This document shows, piece by piece, positions 38,222 to 47,658 of a stretch of DNA of 64,000 bases. Position numbers and translations under genes: made by a program. The notes under the pieces are model-generated. The model made no database searches and was not told the origin of the DNA. It worked only from the letters and a program-made list of their open reading frames with translations. Every line of letters starts with the position of its first letter. Positions within the stretch are counted from its first letter, which is position 1. Origin of the DNA: Ignavibacteria bacterium (GTDB lineage Bacteria; Bacteroidota; Ignavibacteria; Tepidaquicellales; OLB5); the NCBI GenBank assembly GCA_041859235.1, contig JBHEKV010000094.1, positions 5,345 through 69,344 on the forward strand, read 5' to 3'.

Positions 38222-40030
38222 ATGAATCTTCCTTCAGGATATAACGGCAAACTTTATACTTTGCTTGATGAAGTTCATAAGCTGAAATTCAGTGAGCCGC
38301 AGAAGGCGCTTGAACTTGCAAATTTTGTATATGTTCAGGCACTCAAATCTGCCGATGAAGTTCTTGAAGCCAACTGTTTATATGTTCTGGGGGTGTGCCA
38401 TGAGATCAGTTCGAGCTACCCGCAGGCGATGAAATTTCTTTCTGAGGCAATAAAACTTGCCCAGAAGCTTGGTGAAAAGAAGATCATGGGAGACGCGCTG
38501 AATTACGTGGGAGTGATTCATGACAACCTGAATAATTACTCAAACGCGCTTAAAGCGTATTTCAGAGCACTGAAGATATATGAAGATGTAAAAGAGAACA
38601 AAAAGACCGCTATTGTCCTTTCTAATATTGGTTTAATTTATACCAATATTAAAGATTACCGCAATGCCCTGAAGTTCTATTCTCATGCGCTTGATATCGC
38701 TGAAGATGAGAATGACACTGAATCTTTGCTTATCACGAACATAAATATCGGCTTGACGCATTCACAACTTGGCAATTTTGATGAAGCCCTTAAATTCCTG
38801 CATGATGCTTTTGGGCAGGCAACACGTTCAAACGATAAGCGCAGAACATCACTTGCGCTGGATCATATTGCCGATACAAATATAAAACTGAACAAGTTCG
38901 ATGAAGCATTCAGGCTGTTTGAAGAGAGCAGGAAACTTAAGTTGGAGCTCGAAGACAAGCGCGGTCTTGTAAAAGTATACAGTACGATCGGTCACCTGCA
39001 CCTATTGCAGAATAACATGTCAGAAGCAAGAGCCAACCTTGAAAAAGCGCTGGAACTTGCAGCCGAACTGGGAATAAAGAAATCTGTTCATGAACTCCAT
39101 AAACTTCTTGCTGATGCATATGAAAAAATAGATGATTCGGCGAAGGCTCTTTATCATTTGAAAATTGCGTACCGGAAAGAAATGGAGCTTCTGAGAGAAG
39201 AAGCTGAAATAAGGGCAAAGAACATTTCAACTCAGCTTGAAATTGAACAGGCCCAGAAGGAAGCGGAAATACAGCGGCTTAAAAACATAGAACTTGCCCA
39301 GGCATTGGAAGATGTAAAGAAGCTGAATGTAAACCTTAAGGAGCTTAACGATGAAAAAAATGAATTTATGGCAATTGCAGTTCATGACCTGAAGAACCCA
39401 TTGCAGAATATTCTTTCTACCGCAAGGATACTTAAAAGAAGCAGCGAACTTCCAAAATCTGAAATGGATGAATTTACAGGCAACATTATTAACCAAACTG
39501 ACAGGATGTTCAATATTATAAAAAAACTGCTTGACCATAATGCAATTGACCAGGGTGAGCTTAAGCTTAAAATATCAACTTTTGACGTGAACTTGTTAGC
39601 CGGAGAGATTATTTCAAATTTCAAAGAAGAGTCAGAAAGAAAGAAACTAAATCTTGTTCTGCACCAGGCGCCCGAAGAAGTTAATATCAATACTGATAAG
39701 GTTATACTTTATGAGATACTTCAGAACCTGGTTTCGAATGCGATAAAATTTTCGCCCGAAAATAAAAACATTACAGTAAGCGTATTTGCAGATGAGAAAA
39801 ATATAAAAGTGGAAGTCAGCGACGAGGGACCCGGTTTCAGTGATGAAGACAAACGAAAAATGTTCAGCAAGTTTGCAAGGCTAAGCGCTAAGCCGACCGG
39901 AGATGAACACTCAACAGGACTTGGACTTTCTATTGTGAAGAAACTCTGTGAACTTATAGGCGCAACCTTGAAACTGGATAGTAAACAAAATGAAGGGGCA
40001 AAGTTCACCATTTCTCTCAAGAACTGGTAG
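38222..40030 (+). CDS. Cytoplasmic TPR-repeat sensor histidine kinase, paralog 1
   Basis: N-terminal TPR-like repeats (ALNYVGVIH..Y..AL.YF..AL), a coiled coil, H-box AVHDLKNPLQNI, and HATPase_c (LVSNAIKFSP, DEGPGFS, STGLGLSIVKK). No TM segment. Confidence 0.82.
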   Translation: MNLPSGYNGKLYTLLDEVHKLKFSEPQKALELANFVYVQALKSADEVLEANCLYVLGVCHEISSSYPQAMKFLSEAIKLAQKLGEKKIMGDALNYVGVIHDNLNNYSNALKAYFRALKIYEDVKENKKTAIVLSNIGLIYTNIKDYRNALKFYSHALDIAEDENDTESLLITNINIGLTHSQLGNFDEALKFLHDAFGQATRSNDKRRTSLALDHIADTNIKLNKFDEAFRLFEESRKLKLELEDKRGLVKVYSTIGHLHLLQNNMSEARANLEKALELAAELGIKKSVHELHKLLADAYEKIDDSAKALYHLKIAYRKEMELLREEAEIRAKNISTQLEIEQAQKEAEIQRLKNIELAQALEDVKKLNVNLKELNDEKNEFMAIAVHDLKNPLQNILSTARILKRSSELPKSEMDEFTGNIINQTDRMFNIIKKLLDHNAIDQGELKLKISTFDVNLLAGEIISNFKEESERKKLNLVLHQAPEEVNINTDKVILYEILQNLVSNAIKFSPENKNITVSVFADEKNIKVEVSDEGPGFSDEDKRKMFSKFARLSAKPTGDEHSTGLGLSIVKKLCELIGATLKLDSKQNEGAKFTISLKNW

Positions 40031-40113
40031 TTAACTTACATAATAACATATACTTCCGTGTAACTTATTCACGTTATTCCATTTGTTCAAAACCCTTATA
40101 TCTTTACAGCAGA

Positions 40114-41889
40114 ATGAAAGCAGAATTTATCGATTTGCTTGAAAACGGGCAAAACTTACGAGAGACTAATCCGAATGAAGCTTTAAATTTTTTTGAAGAA
40201 GCATATAGAATTGCGTTATCTTCAGGGGATCAAAGCAATCAGCTTGAGGCTCTTTTTGAGCTTGGCGTTACCAAACATGATCTTTCGCTTCATTCAGAGG
40301 CGGTAGATCATTTCAGGAAAGCTCTGGGCAAAGAGTATGTACACGAGGATCTTTTTCTTAAATCCAACATCCTGAGATGCCTTGCTGTACAGTATATAAG
40401 ATTGAACAAAATTGAAGAGGCCATACACTTCCTTTACGAAAGCGAACGTGTAAGCATCAGCTGCGGCTATGATGAAAACCTGCATATGATAGAATCTACA
40501 TTGGGTTCAATTTACATCCAGCTGAAAATGTTTGAAAAAGCTCTGGAGCATGAACAGAGATCACTTGAACTGGCAAAGAAAATGAATTCAGAACCCATGA
40601 CCAATTATTCTTATCTTGGCATTGGTTCATGCTATTACCTGATGGGTGACCTGCATAACGCTGAAATTTATCTGAACAATGCAACAAGGGGCGAACAGAC
40701 CAATTACACAAAAGCTAACACATGTTACTATCTATCTAAGCTGTATTTTGATAAGAAGGATAACATGAATTCCCTGCGTTTTGCCGTTGAAGGAATTGCC
40801 GTTTCTGAAAAATATCTGATCCATGATTATCATGCGTTATGTACCGGAATGAAAGGTTCAATTTTTCTTGAATCCGGAGAAAGTGCTGCGGCAATATCAT
40901 TTCTGGAAGATGCCATAAGAATTTCGGAAAAGATAGAAAACAAAAGGATCTATTTCAGCCTTTACAAGGACCTGATAAGAGCGTACGAAATTACGGGTGA
41001 TTACAGGAAAAAAGCCGAAGCGTACGGGAAATTGTATGAATACCATATAGAGTACCTTGAAAATCAGTCAAAGCTGAAAATTAAGCAATTAAACACTCAG
41101 CACCAGATTGAAAAAGCCAGAGATGAGGCAGAAATTGAAAGACTCAAAAATGTTGAGCTAAGAGAAGCCCTGGATAACGTAAAAAAGCTCAATGGAGAAC
41201 TGGAGCTGCTTAACATGGAAAAGAATGAATTCATGGCGATCGCAGTACACGACCTGAAAAATCCGCTGCAGAACATTCTTTCAACCGCGAAGTTGATAAA
41301 GCGAAGCAGCCCTTCTGAAAGTGTTAGTGATCTTTCAGAAAATATAGTACAGCAAACTGACCGAATGTTTAATCTGATAAGGAAACTGCTTGATCATAAT
41401 ATTGCGGAAGAAGGAAAAATAAAGATTAGTAAAAGCGAATTCAGAGCTGAAACCGTAATGAGAGATATAATGAACGATTATAAGGAAGCAGCAGGACGAA
41501 AGCAGCTGAATTTGAATTTCGTAAATAATTGCAATGGCAATAAGCTGTGCACTGATTATGATATATTATACCAGATAATGTGCAACCTGGTATCAAACGC
41601 GATAAAATTCTCACCCAATAACAAAAACATCTTCCTTGGCCTTGCTTCAGAAAACGGATGGATAGAATATGAAGTCAGGGATGAAGGCCCGGGGTTCAGT
41701 GAAGAAGACAAAAAGAAGATGTACCGGAAATTTTCAAAGCTTAGCGCCCGGCCTACTATGGGTGAAAGTTCCACAGGGCTCGGGTTGGCTATAGCCAAAA
41801 AACTCAGTAAACTCATAAATGCAGAGCTTCAATTGGAAAGTGAGCCCGGTAGAGGGGCAAAATTCAGAATAATTATGAATACTGCATAG
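40114..41889 (+). CDS. Cytoplasmic TPR-repeat sensor histidine kinase, paralog 2
   Basis: Same architecture as paralog 1. The kinase core is near-identical in motifs (EFMAIAVHDLKNPLQNILSTAK, LVSNAIKFSPNNKNI). Confidence 0.82.
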   Translation: MKAEFIDLLENGQNLRETNPNEALNFFEEAYRIALSSGDQSNQLEALFELGVTKHDLSLHSEAVDHFRKALGKEYVHEDLFLKSNILRCLAVQYIRLNKIEEAIHFLYESERVSISCGYDENLHMIESTLGSIYIQLKMFEKALEHEQRSLELAKKMNSEPMTNYSYLGIGSCYYLMGDLHNAEIYLNNATRGEQTNYTKANTCYYLSKLYFDKKDNMNSLRFAVEGIAVSEKYLIHDYHALCTGMKGSIFLESGESAAAISFLEDAIRISEKIENKRIYFSLYKDLIRAYEITGDYRKKAEAYGKLYEYHIEYLENQSKLKIKQLNTQHQIEKARDEAEIERLKNVELREALDNVKKLNGELELLNMEKNEFMAIAVHDLKNPLQNILSTAKLIKRSSPSESVSDLSENIVQQTDRMFNLIRKLLDHNIAEEGKIKISKSEFRAETVMRDIMNDYKEAAGRKQLNLNFVNNCNGNKLCTDYDILYQIMCNLVSNAIKFSPNNKNIFLGLASENGWIEYEVRDEGPGFSEEDKKKMYRKFSKLSARPTMGESSTGLGLAIAKKLSKLINAELQLESEPGRGAKFRIIMNTA

Positions 41890-41987
41890 AATTTTCCGAT
41901 TGACAGAAATACAGAAGATAACTATTTAAAAAAACACTTATAGCCCGCATTACACTGGACGGGAAATCAAAAAAGAAATTATAATAT

Positions 41988-43814
41988 ATGAAAGACCTCT
42001 CAACTCTTATTGATGAAGGAACAAAGATAAGGCAGAACATGCCGGCGGATGCATTGGCAATTTTCAAAGAAGTACTCAGCGAGTCTGAGCTGAACTCTGA
42101 CGAACAATACCGGGCAATATCACTTTTTAACATTGCAATTACATATCTGATACTTACTGATTATGATAAGTCCATTTCATACTTCCATAAAGCGCTTAAG
42201 ACAGAGTATGTAATAAACAATCCGGAATTGAAATCGGAAATTCTGCGCGGAATAGCAGGAAATCATGCAAGAAAATACAATTACAGAGAAGCACTGAAGT
42301 ATTTTTACCTGTCAGAAAGCGCAAGTATACAATCATGGAATATGCCAAACCTGCATATGGTATACCAGGGTATAGCATCCTTGTACACCAAACTTAAACT
42401 TTATGAAAAGGCACTTTCATATACTCAACGATCTCTTGAAATAGCAATACAAAGCGGAGAAGACGATCCGCTGCAGGCATCACTGATGTCAATTGGGGCC
42501 TGTTATTATAAAATGAAGAAGTTTGAAAAGGCAAGAGAGTATCTTTATGAGTCACTGGAACTTTCGAGCAATGATTTCGCGGAAGCAAATGCTCTTCATT
42601 TCATATCACACATAAAGTTTGATGAGGGTAATTATGAAGAAAGTGAAAAGCTGGCATTAAGACAGATTGAGATATGCCATTTGAACAATTACTATGAATT
42701 CGAAGCGCTGGGTTTGAGACAGTTGGGAAGGATAAAATTCAAACATGGTAAATACCATGAAGCTCTGGAATACTTTCAGAAGACGCTGGATCTGGTCAAC
42801 TTTGGTGGTGACAGGACTATCAGGTTTGCTGCGCTGCAGAATATGATTGAAACATATAAAATAACAGGTGATAAAGATAAGATCATAGAACTATATCCTG
42901 TACTGTATAAAGAACACATCCGGCACCTTGAGGATGACATCCAGCTTAAGATAGAACAGATAGATCTTGAAAATGAAGCGGCTGCAATAAAAAGAGAAAT
43001 TGAAATTGAAAAAGAAAATAACACAAATTTAAAAAAAGCACTGCTGGAGGTTAATACGCTTAATGATGAACTTAAATTAATGCACGAAGAGAAAAACAAC
43101 CTTATGAGTATACTTGCACATGATCTCAAGAACCCGCTTCAAAGTATACTTTCTTCAATAAAACTGATGAACCAGGAAAAGGACGATAGTGAATTCCGTA
43201 AAGAGATGGAAAACAATATCAGGCAGCAATCTGTGAGAATGCTGAGCCTTATAAACAGGCTGCTGGATTACAGAGCGATTGAAAGCGGAAGTATTCCGCT
43301 TAATATCACTACTTTCGTTTCTAAAGAACTCTCAGAAAAATTAATGAAAAACGCGAGGATACAGGCTGTAAAAAAGGATATTGAGATAATCAGCGAGTGT
43401 ACCTGCGACGGAATGAAACTTGAAACTGATATGGAAATACTGTATCAGGTACTTGAAAACCTCCTGTCCAATTCCATTAAATTTTCGTCTCCGGGATCCC
43501 ATATCTATCTTCGCTGTTTCAAAGACTCTGAATACGATCTATTTGAAATTGAAGATGAAGGGCCCGGATTTTCAGAAAGCGATTTAAAGAAACTTTATTC
43601 CAACTTTGCAAAATTAAGCGCAAGACCAACAGGTAATGAACACTCTACAGGTCTTGGACTCTCTATTGTCAAAAAGCTGTGCGATCTGTTAGGCGCGGAA
43701 ATCAAGCTTGATTCTATACCTGATAAAGGATCAAAGTTCATAATTAAACTGAAAAGAAAAAATGAAAGAGAGCTACACAGTTCAGAAGTCACCCTTTGTT
43801 GTACCAACAACTGA
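41988..43814 (+). CDS. Cytoplasmic TPR-repeat sensor histidine kinase, paralog 3 (about 17 aa C-terminal extension)
   Basis: Same architecture (LAHDLKNPLQSI, LLSNSIKFSSPGSHI, STGLGLSIVKKLCDLLGA). The tail KNERELHSSEVTLCCTNN is absent from paralogs 1 and 2 and overlaps the next gene. Confidence 0.8.
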   Translation: MKDLSTLIDEGTKIRQNMPADALAIFKEVLSESELNSDEQYRAISLFNIAITYLILTDYDKSISYFHKALKTEYVINNPELKSEILRGIAGNHARKYNYREALKYFYLSESASIQSWNMPNLHMVYQGIASLYTKLKLYEKALSYTQRSLEIAIQSGEDDPLQASLMSIGACYYKMKKFEKAREYLYESLELSSNDFAEANALHFISHIKFDEGNYEESEKLALRQIEICHLNNYYEFEALGLRQLGRIKFKHGKYHEALEYFQKTLDLVNFGGDRTIRFAALQNMIETYKITGDKDKIIELYPVLYKEHIRHLEDDIQLKIEQIDLENEAAAIKREIEIEKENNTNLKKALLEVNTLNDELKLMHEEKNNLMSILAHDLKNPLQSILSSIKLMNQEKDDSEFRKEMENNIRQQSVRMLSLINRLLDYRAIESGSIPLNITTFVSKELSEKLMKNARIQAVKKDIEIISECTCDGMKLETDMEILYQVLENLLSNSIKFSSPGSHIYLRCFKDSEYDLFEIEDEGPGFSESDLKKLYSNFAKLSARPTGNEHSTGLGLSIVKKLCDLLGAEIKLDSIPDKGSKFIIKLKRKNERELHSSEVTLCCTNN

Positions 43815-44133
43815 TAAAAAGCTGATAGAAGAATTTTTCGGGATGGCCAGTATCAGGCCGGGCGATGCTGACCTTAGTTTTGCGCATATGATAGCTCCGC
43901 CGGGGTGGAGCGAGCCTTTCCAGACTCCGGAATTTGATGAGGTAACATATATAATATCCGGAAAGAAAAAATTCGAGACAGCGGGAGAAAGTATTGTATT
44001 GGAAAAGAACCAGGCAATCTGCGTAAACAAAGGTACCCGGATCAGATACTCTAATCCGTTTGATGAGCCTGTTGAATATATTTCTGTATGCATGCCTGCC
44101 TTTTCAGCTGCAAAGGTTCACAGGGAAACATGA
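43762..44133 (+). CDS. Cupin domain protein
   Basis: Small beta-barrel pattern (F.E..YI.SG......GE......A..V..G....Y.N). The start overlaps the kinase paralog 3 by 53 nt in another frame. Confidence 0.6.
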   Translation: MKESYTVQKSPFVVPTTDKKLIEEFFGMASIRPGDADLSFAHMIAPPGWSEPFQTPEFDEVTYIISGKKKFETAGESIVLEKNQAICVNKGTRIRYSNPFDEPVEYISVCMPAFSAAKVHRET

Positions 44134-44134
44134 A

Positions 44135-45571
44135 TCAAAGCTTTCCCATTATCCACTCTTTGTGAAGCAGGTTCTCACAGATTTCCGCTTCAATTTTAAC
44201 ATCACCGGGGTTTACAAGCTTGCCATTCATTTTTCTCAAAACATCTCCCGTGTACTTAAGAAAATTAAGATGTCTTTCTTTCATAAAAGGGGTTATCATT
44301 GAGTTCTTGTTAAGGAAATGTCTGTAAGAATCGATGAATGACTCTGCCTGTTCAATATATCCCAATTCCACATAGTTTTTAAGGCTCCAGCTTTTTATAT
44401 CCATTTTCAGGATTATATAATCGTACTTAACTTTGTTTAGATCGCTCAATGAACCCTCAAAATCTCTCTTCAAAAATTTCAGCAGCGCATTCCCGTAATA
44501 ATACATTGATTCCGAATATTCGCTCTGCACTTTTGGTGAATATTCAGCAATAAACTTTTCAGCCCAGCCGATATTTCCCATATTGACAGCCGCTATGAGA
44601 ATATTTTTGAATCTTTGTGCAGTCATAGTTTCAGATTGGAAAGCATATGCATTTTTTTCCAGCATTTGCTCATACACAAAAAATATTTCCTGCCTGAACT
44701 TTGCGGTATTAAATTTATTGCGCATAAGGCAGCAAGATTCCAGGTAATGCAGAAAATGACAAGTTTCGTCTATGCTGAGTGAATCATTATAACTTCCGTA
44801 AGCTTCACGTAATGTATCATACTTCATATCGTTCTTTTCGTCTGTAAGCGCTTCAAGAAGGCAATAATGAAGGTATAGTATCTTATATTGTTCAGGTCTG
44901 AATTTCCTGAGATTTTCCATAAAACCTTTTAGATCCATTTTACCCATAAAATCCATCAGAAGATCATACTCATATCTTACATTAAAGGTTTTTTCATTTA
45001 TGATAATATCCTGCGCATTATGGATAAGTTCTATGATCATAAAATAAATAAGATTTTCTGACCTGCTCATAAGGTTATCGGCTACCTGCTGCTGCTTATC
45101 TTTCCTTAAATAATATTCCACATTAATTACTTCAAGCTCAAACATAGAAAAAAATCTGTCGCGGGCGTTCGCGAGACCTTCAGTTTTATCCACGGCCTCC
45201 TTAAAGTTGGTCCTGTAAAGGCTGTCTAATCCCCTGTTTCTCAGTTCCTGAAGCAAAGTGTTTATATCAACCGAATTGTCTTCAGTTCTCTTGTGAATTG
45301 ATAAAAATTCCTCCGATAACTTCAGAAGGTCGGAAAGAAGTATCCGTATAACAGTATCATTGAACTTCTTACCGGGGAACATTTTTCTAAAAATCTTTTC
45401 TTTTCCCAACAGCGGCGAGCTGTATTCAGGATGATGTTTCCTGATAATCTCAAAGAACCTAATGACATTTTTGTTCGAATTATGATAAGGCGAATGCACA
45501 AAATCCTTAAAAGATTTAAGTTCATCTTTGGAAAACGTTTTCAATACATCTATAAATTTGCTTTTAAGCAT
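44135..45571 (-). CDS. All-helical protein of unknown function (paralog family with 12738-14279)
   Basis: The N-terminus FIDVLKTFSKDELKSFKDFV...NKNVIRFFEII resembles 12738-14279. The helical-repeat C-terminus also resembles it loosely. Confidence 0.45.
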   Translation of the reverse strand: MLKSKFIDVLKTFSKDELKSFKDFVHSPYHNSNKNVIRFFEIIRKHHPEYSSPLLGKEKIFRKMFPGKKFNDTVIRILLSDLLKLSEEFLSIHKRTEDNSVDINTLLQELRNRGLDSLYRTNFKEAVDKTEGLANARDRFFSMFELEVINVEYYLRKDKQQQVADNLMSRSENLIYFMIIELIHNAQDIIINEKTFNVRYEYDLLMDFMGKMDLKGFMENLRKFRPEQYKILYLHYCLLEALTDEKNDMKYDTLREAYGSYNDSLSIDETCHFLHYLESCCLMRNKFNTAKFRQEIFFVYEQMLEKNAYAFQSETMTAQRFKNILIAAVNMGNIGWAEKFIAEYSPKVQSEYSESMYYYGNALLKFLKRDFEGSLSDLNKVKYDYIILKMDIKSWSLKNYVELGYIEQAESFIDSYRHFLNKNSMITPFMKERHLNFLKYTGDVLRKMNGKLVNPGDVKIEAEICENLLHKEWIMGKL

Positions 45572-45883
45572 TGCATAATTTATAACAAAATTTACTAAAA
45601 AAATAACTAAAAATGTGTAATAAACAGCTATTTTTCTTTAATTTTTGCACAAAGAGTTTTTACATGAATGAAAGAATTTTTATAACAAAAGCTCTTAAAA
45701 TTCCTGCCGTAATATTATTATAACAATTGTACATCCATACACTCAATACAATAGTTCCAATCTGCTTAAAAAAACCGCCTTTTCACAGGTCAACTTTTCA
45801 GAAGGAACTAAGCGGAGTTTGGAAAAGCGTAACAATACCAGATAATATTCTTTGCCGTATTGCTTTACGACAAATATCTTTGC

Positions 45884-45995
45884 AGAAAACCTGAATGACA
45901 CTTGAACAGAATAAAACTTGAACAGAATGAAACTTGAACTGATTGAAACTCAAGCCGAATGAAACATAAAGTGAGTGAAACCCAAGCTGAATGAA
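45884..45995 (+). repeat. Tandem array of seven 16-nt units (consensus ACTTGAACNGAATGAA)
   Basis: Units at 45884, 45900, 45916, 45932, 45948, 45964 and 45980. Units 2-4 are near-identical and the outer units more diverged. The last unit contains ATG 45991. Confidence 0.85.
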
Positions 45996-46188
45996 AGCTA
46001 AAACAAAGAGAATGTATACTGACTGCCAGGAGCATCCCGGGGAATTCAGATGTACGTTGTATATTTCAGGCAGAAGATCAGAAGTGTTGAAAGCAGCGAT
46101 AAGCCATGCGGTCGAGGCTCACGGTCATAAGAACACACCCGAACTTAAAAAACTGCTTAGCAAACAGCTGAAAACTGAAAAGAACTAA
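45991..46188 (+). CDS. DUF1059-like small metal-binding protein (alternative start at 46012)
   Basis: Pattern C-x4-PG-x3-C ... E..L......H....HG recalled from DUF1059. 65 aa from ATG 45991, or 58 aa from ATG 46012. Confidence 0.5.
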   Translation: MKAKTKRMYTDCQEHPGEFRCTLYISGRRSEVLKAAISHAVEAHGHKNTPELKKLLSKQLKTEKN

Positions 46189-46231
46189 GATCAAAAAAAA
46201 TAACCAATCCATTTAAGAAAGGACAAATAGA

Positions 46232-46531
46232 ATGATAGTTGTGAGAGACATTTTTCATCTTAAGTTCGGGAAAGCTAAAGATGCCCGCGAGCTCCTGAAA
46301 GAAGCAAAAGGTATAAACGAAAAATATGGTTTTGCCAATACACGGGCACTAAGTGATCTTGTTACAGGAAAATCCTATACGCTGATCCTGGAAAGCGAAT
46401 GGGAAGATCTGGGTTCGTGGGAAGCAGCAATGAAAAAAGGATTAGGGACAGAAGACTGGCAAAAATGGTACTCTAAATTTATCCCGCTTGTGGATTCTGC
46501 AGGCAGAGAGATACTGAATATTGTAGACTAA
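46232..46531 (+). CDS. Small alpha/beta protein of unknown function (paralogous to 49057-49371)
   Basis: Shares an h-FGK...A..l.KE...GF...TG...E..F.sl..fE.A pattern with the 104-aa protein at 49057-49371. A ferredoxin-like/NIPSNAP-type fold is suspected only. Confidence 0.4.
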   Translation: MIVVRDIFHLKFGKAKDARELLKEAKGINEKYGFANTRALSDLVTGKSYTLILESEWEDLGSWEAAMKKGLGTEDWQKWYSKFIPLVDSAGREILNIVD

Positions 46532-46573
46532 AAAAATCACTAAACCACACAAGGTGTGAAAGGAAAACAAATA

Positions 46574-46939
46574 ATGAGCAGCAAACCTGAAATAAAGAAC
46601 TTCAGCACGGCTGATGAAACCAGAGAATTTCCGCTTGGTAAACTGGAATTATTGAACATTGGCGGAGTGCCGATAGGCAAGGCTGTACTTCAGCCAGGCT
46701 GGAAGTGGTCTGACTCCGTGAAACCGATAGCGCAGACAAAAAGCTGCGAAGCACCGCATTTTCAATATCACATATCGGGAATATTAAGGATCAGAATGGA
46801 TGACGGAATGGAATATGATTGCAAACCGGGTGATATTTCAGTTTTGCCTTCCGGCCATGATGCCTGGGTAGTGGGAAATGATCCGGTAGTTCTTGTGGAC
46901 TTCCAGGGGATGAAAGAATACGCAAAACCTGCAAAATAA
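46574..46939 (+). CDS. Cupin domain protein
   Basis: Cupin beta-barrel pattern (H..Y..SG.........G......GD....P.GH.AW). ATG at 46574 is preceded by AAGGAAAA. The tracked GTG start at 46556 is less likely. Confidence 0.6.
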   Translation: MSSKPEIKNFSTADETREFPLGKLELLNIGGVPIGKAVLQPGWKWSDSVKPIAQTKSCEAPHFQYHISGILRIRMDDGMEYDCKPGDISVLPSGHDAWVVGNDPVVLVDFQGMKEYAKPAK

Positions 46940-46973
46940 TTATTTAAAGTTCACTTAAACTAAAATAAGAAAT

Positions 46974-47234
46974 ATGAACAGATACATGGTTGAAACTTCA
47001 CATAACAGAGAAGATTGTCTGCACATTCTTGATGAATTTGTTATACACGGTCATATCACGCATTTTGACTGGGGCTGCGAAAGCGGAGTCTGCACAGGAT
47101 GGGCGGTAGTTGAGGCAGAAAGCGAAGAGCAGGCATTGTATTCAGTACCGGCATTGATAAGAAAAAAAGCAAGGGTCATCAAACTATCAAAATTTACACC
47201 GGAAAAGATCCAGGAATTCCATGACGAAACATAA
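46974..47234 (+). CDS. Hypothetical protein (86 aa, Cys/His-containing)
   Basis: ORF only. It sits in a co-directional gene string and has no recognised motif. Confidence 0.35.
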   Translation: MNRYMVETSHNREDCLHILDEFVIHGHITHFDWGCESGVCTGWAVVEAESEEQALYSVPALIRKKARVIKLSKFTPEKIQEFHDET

Positions 47235-47245
47235 ATCACACAATA

Positions 47246-47647
47246 ATGAAAATCAATAACATGAAATACTCAACTTTTTTAGTATACATATTTATCATTT
47301 TTTCGGGTTCATCAATTTATTCCCAAAATTGGGAAGATACAGACCCTAAAATGACAAATGTCATTGTAGATACAATGCTAATTAAATCTACGATCGCAGT
47401 AATTGAACCAGGAGAAAAGAGTAAACCTCATACTCATCCGGCGCACTTTTTCTACGCATTAACAGACGGAAAGATAAAAATTCATTATAATGACGGAACA
47501 AGTGTAGTAATGGAATTAAAGTCCGGCGATTACGGATTTTCAAACCCCGAAGGGCTGCATCAAACCGAGAATATTGGAGATAAAACGCTGAGATTCCTAA
47601 TTGTTGAGCTTAAAGAACATCCGTATAATGAATCTGAAAAAAAATAA
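47246..47647 (+). CDS. Secreted cupin domain protein
   Basis: Signal peptide, then the cupin motif (GEKSKPHTHPAHFFYALTDGKIKI...GDYGF...LHQTENIG). Confidence 0.6.
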   Translation: MKINNMKYSTFLVYIFIIFSGSSIYSQNWEDTDPKMTNVIVDTMLIKSTIAVIEPGEKSKPHTHPAHFFYALTDGKIKIHYNDGTSVVMELKSGDYGFSNPEGLHQTENIGDKTLRFLIVELKEHPYNESEKK

Positions 47648-47658
47648 AACTTCTGAAG

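Noticed and set aside
45572-45883. The long AT-rich spacer with repeated TTATAACAA(A/T) words was considered as an invertible (phase-variable) promoter.
   Set aside because: No flanking inverted repeats were found and no site-specific recombinase is encoded nearby. The repeated words are short and AT-rich enough to be chance.
45884-45995. The regular direct repeats were considered as a possible CRISPR array.
   Set aside because: The units are 16 nt and directly abutting with no spacers. They diverge gradually, and no cas genes are present in the window.
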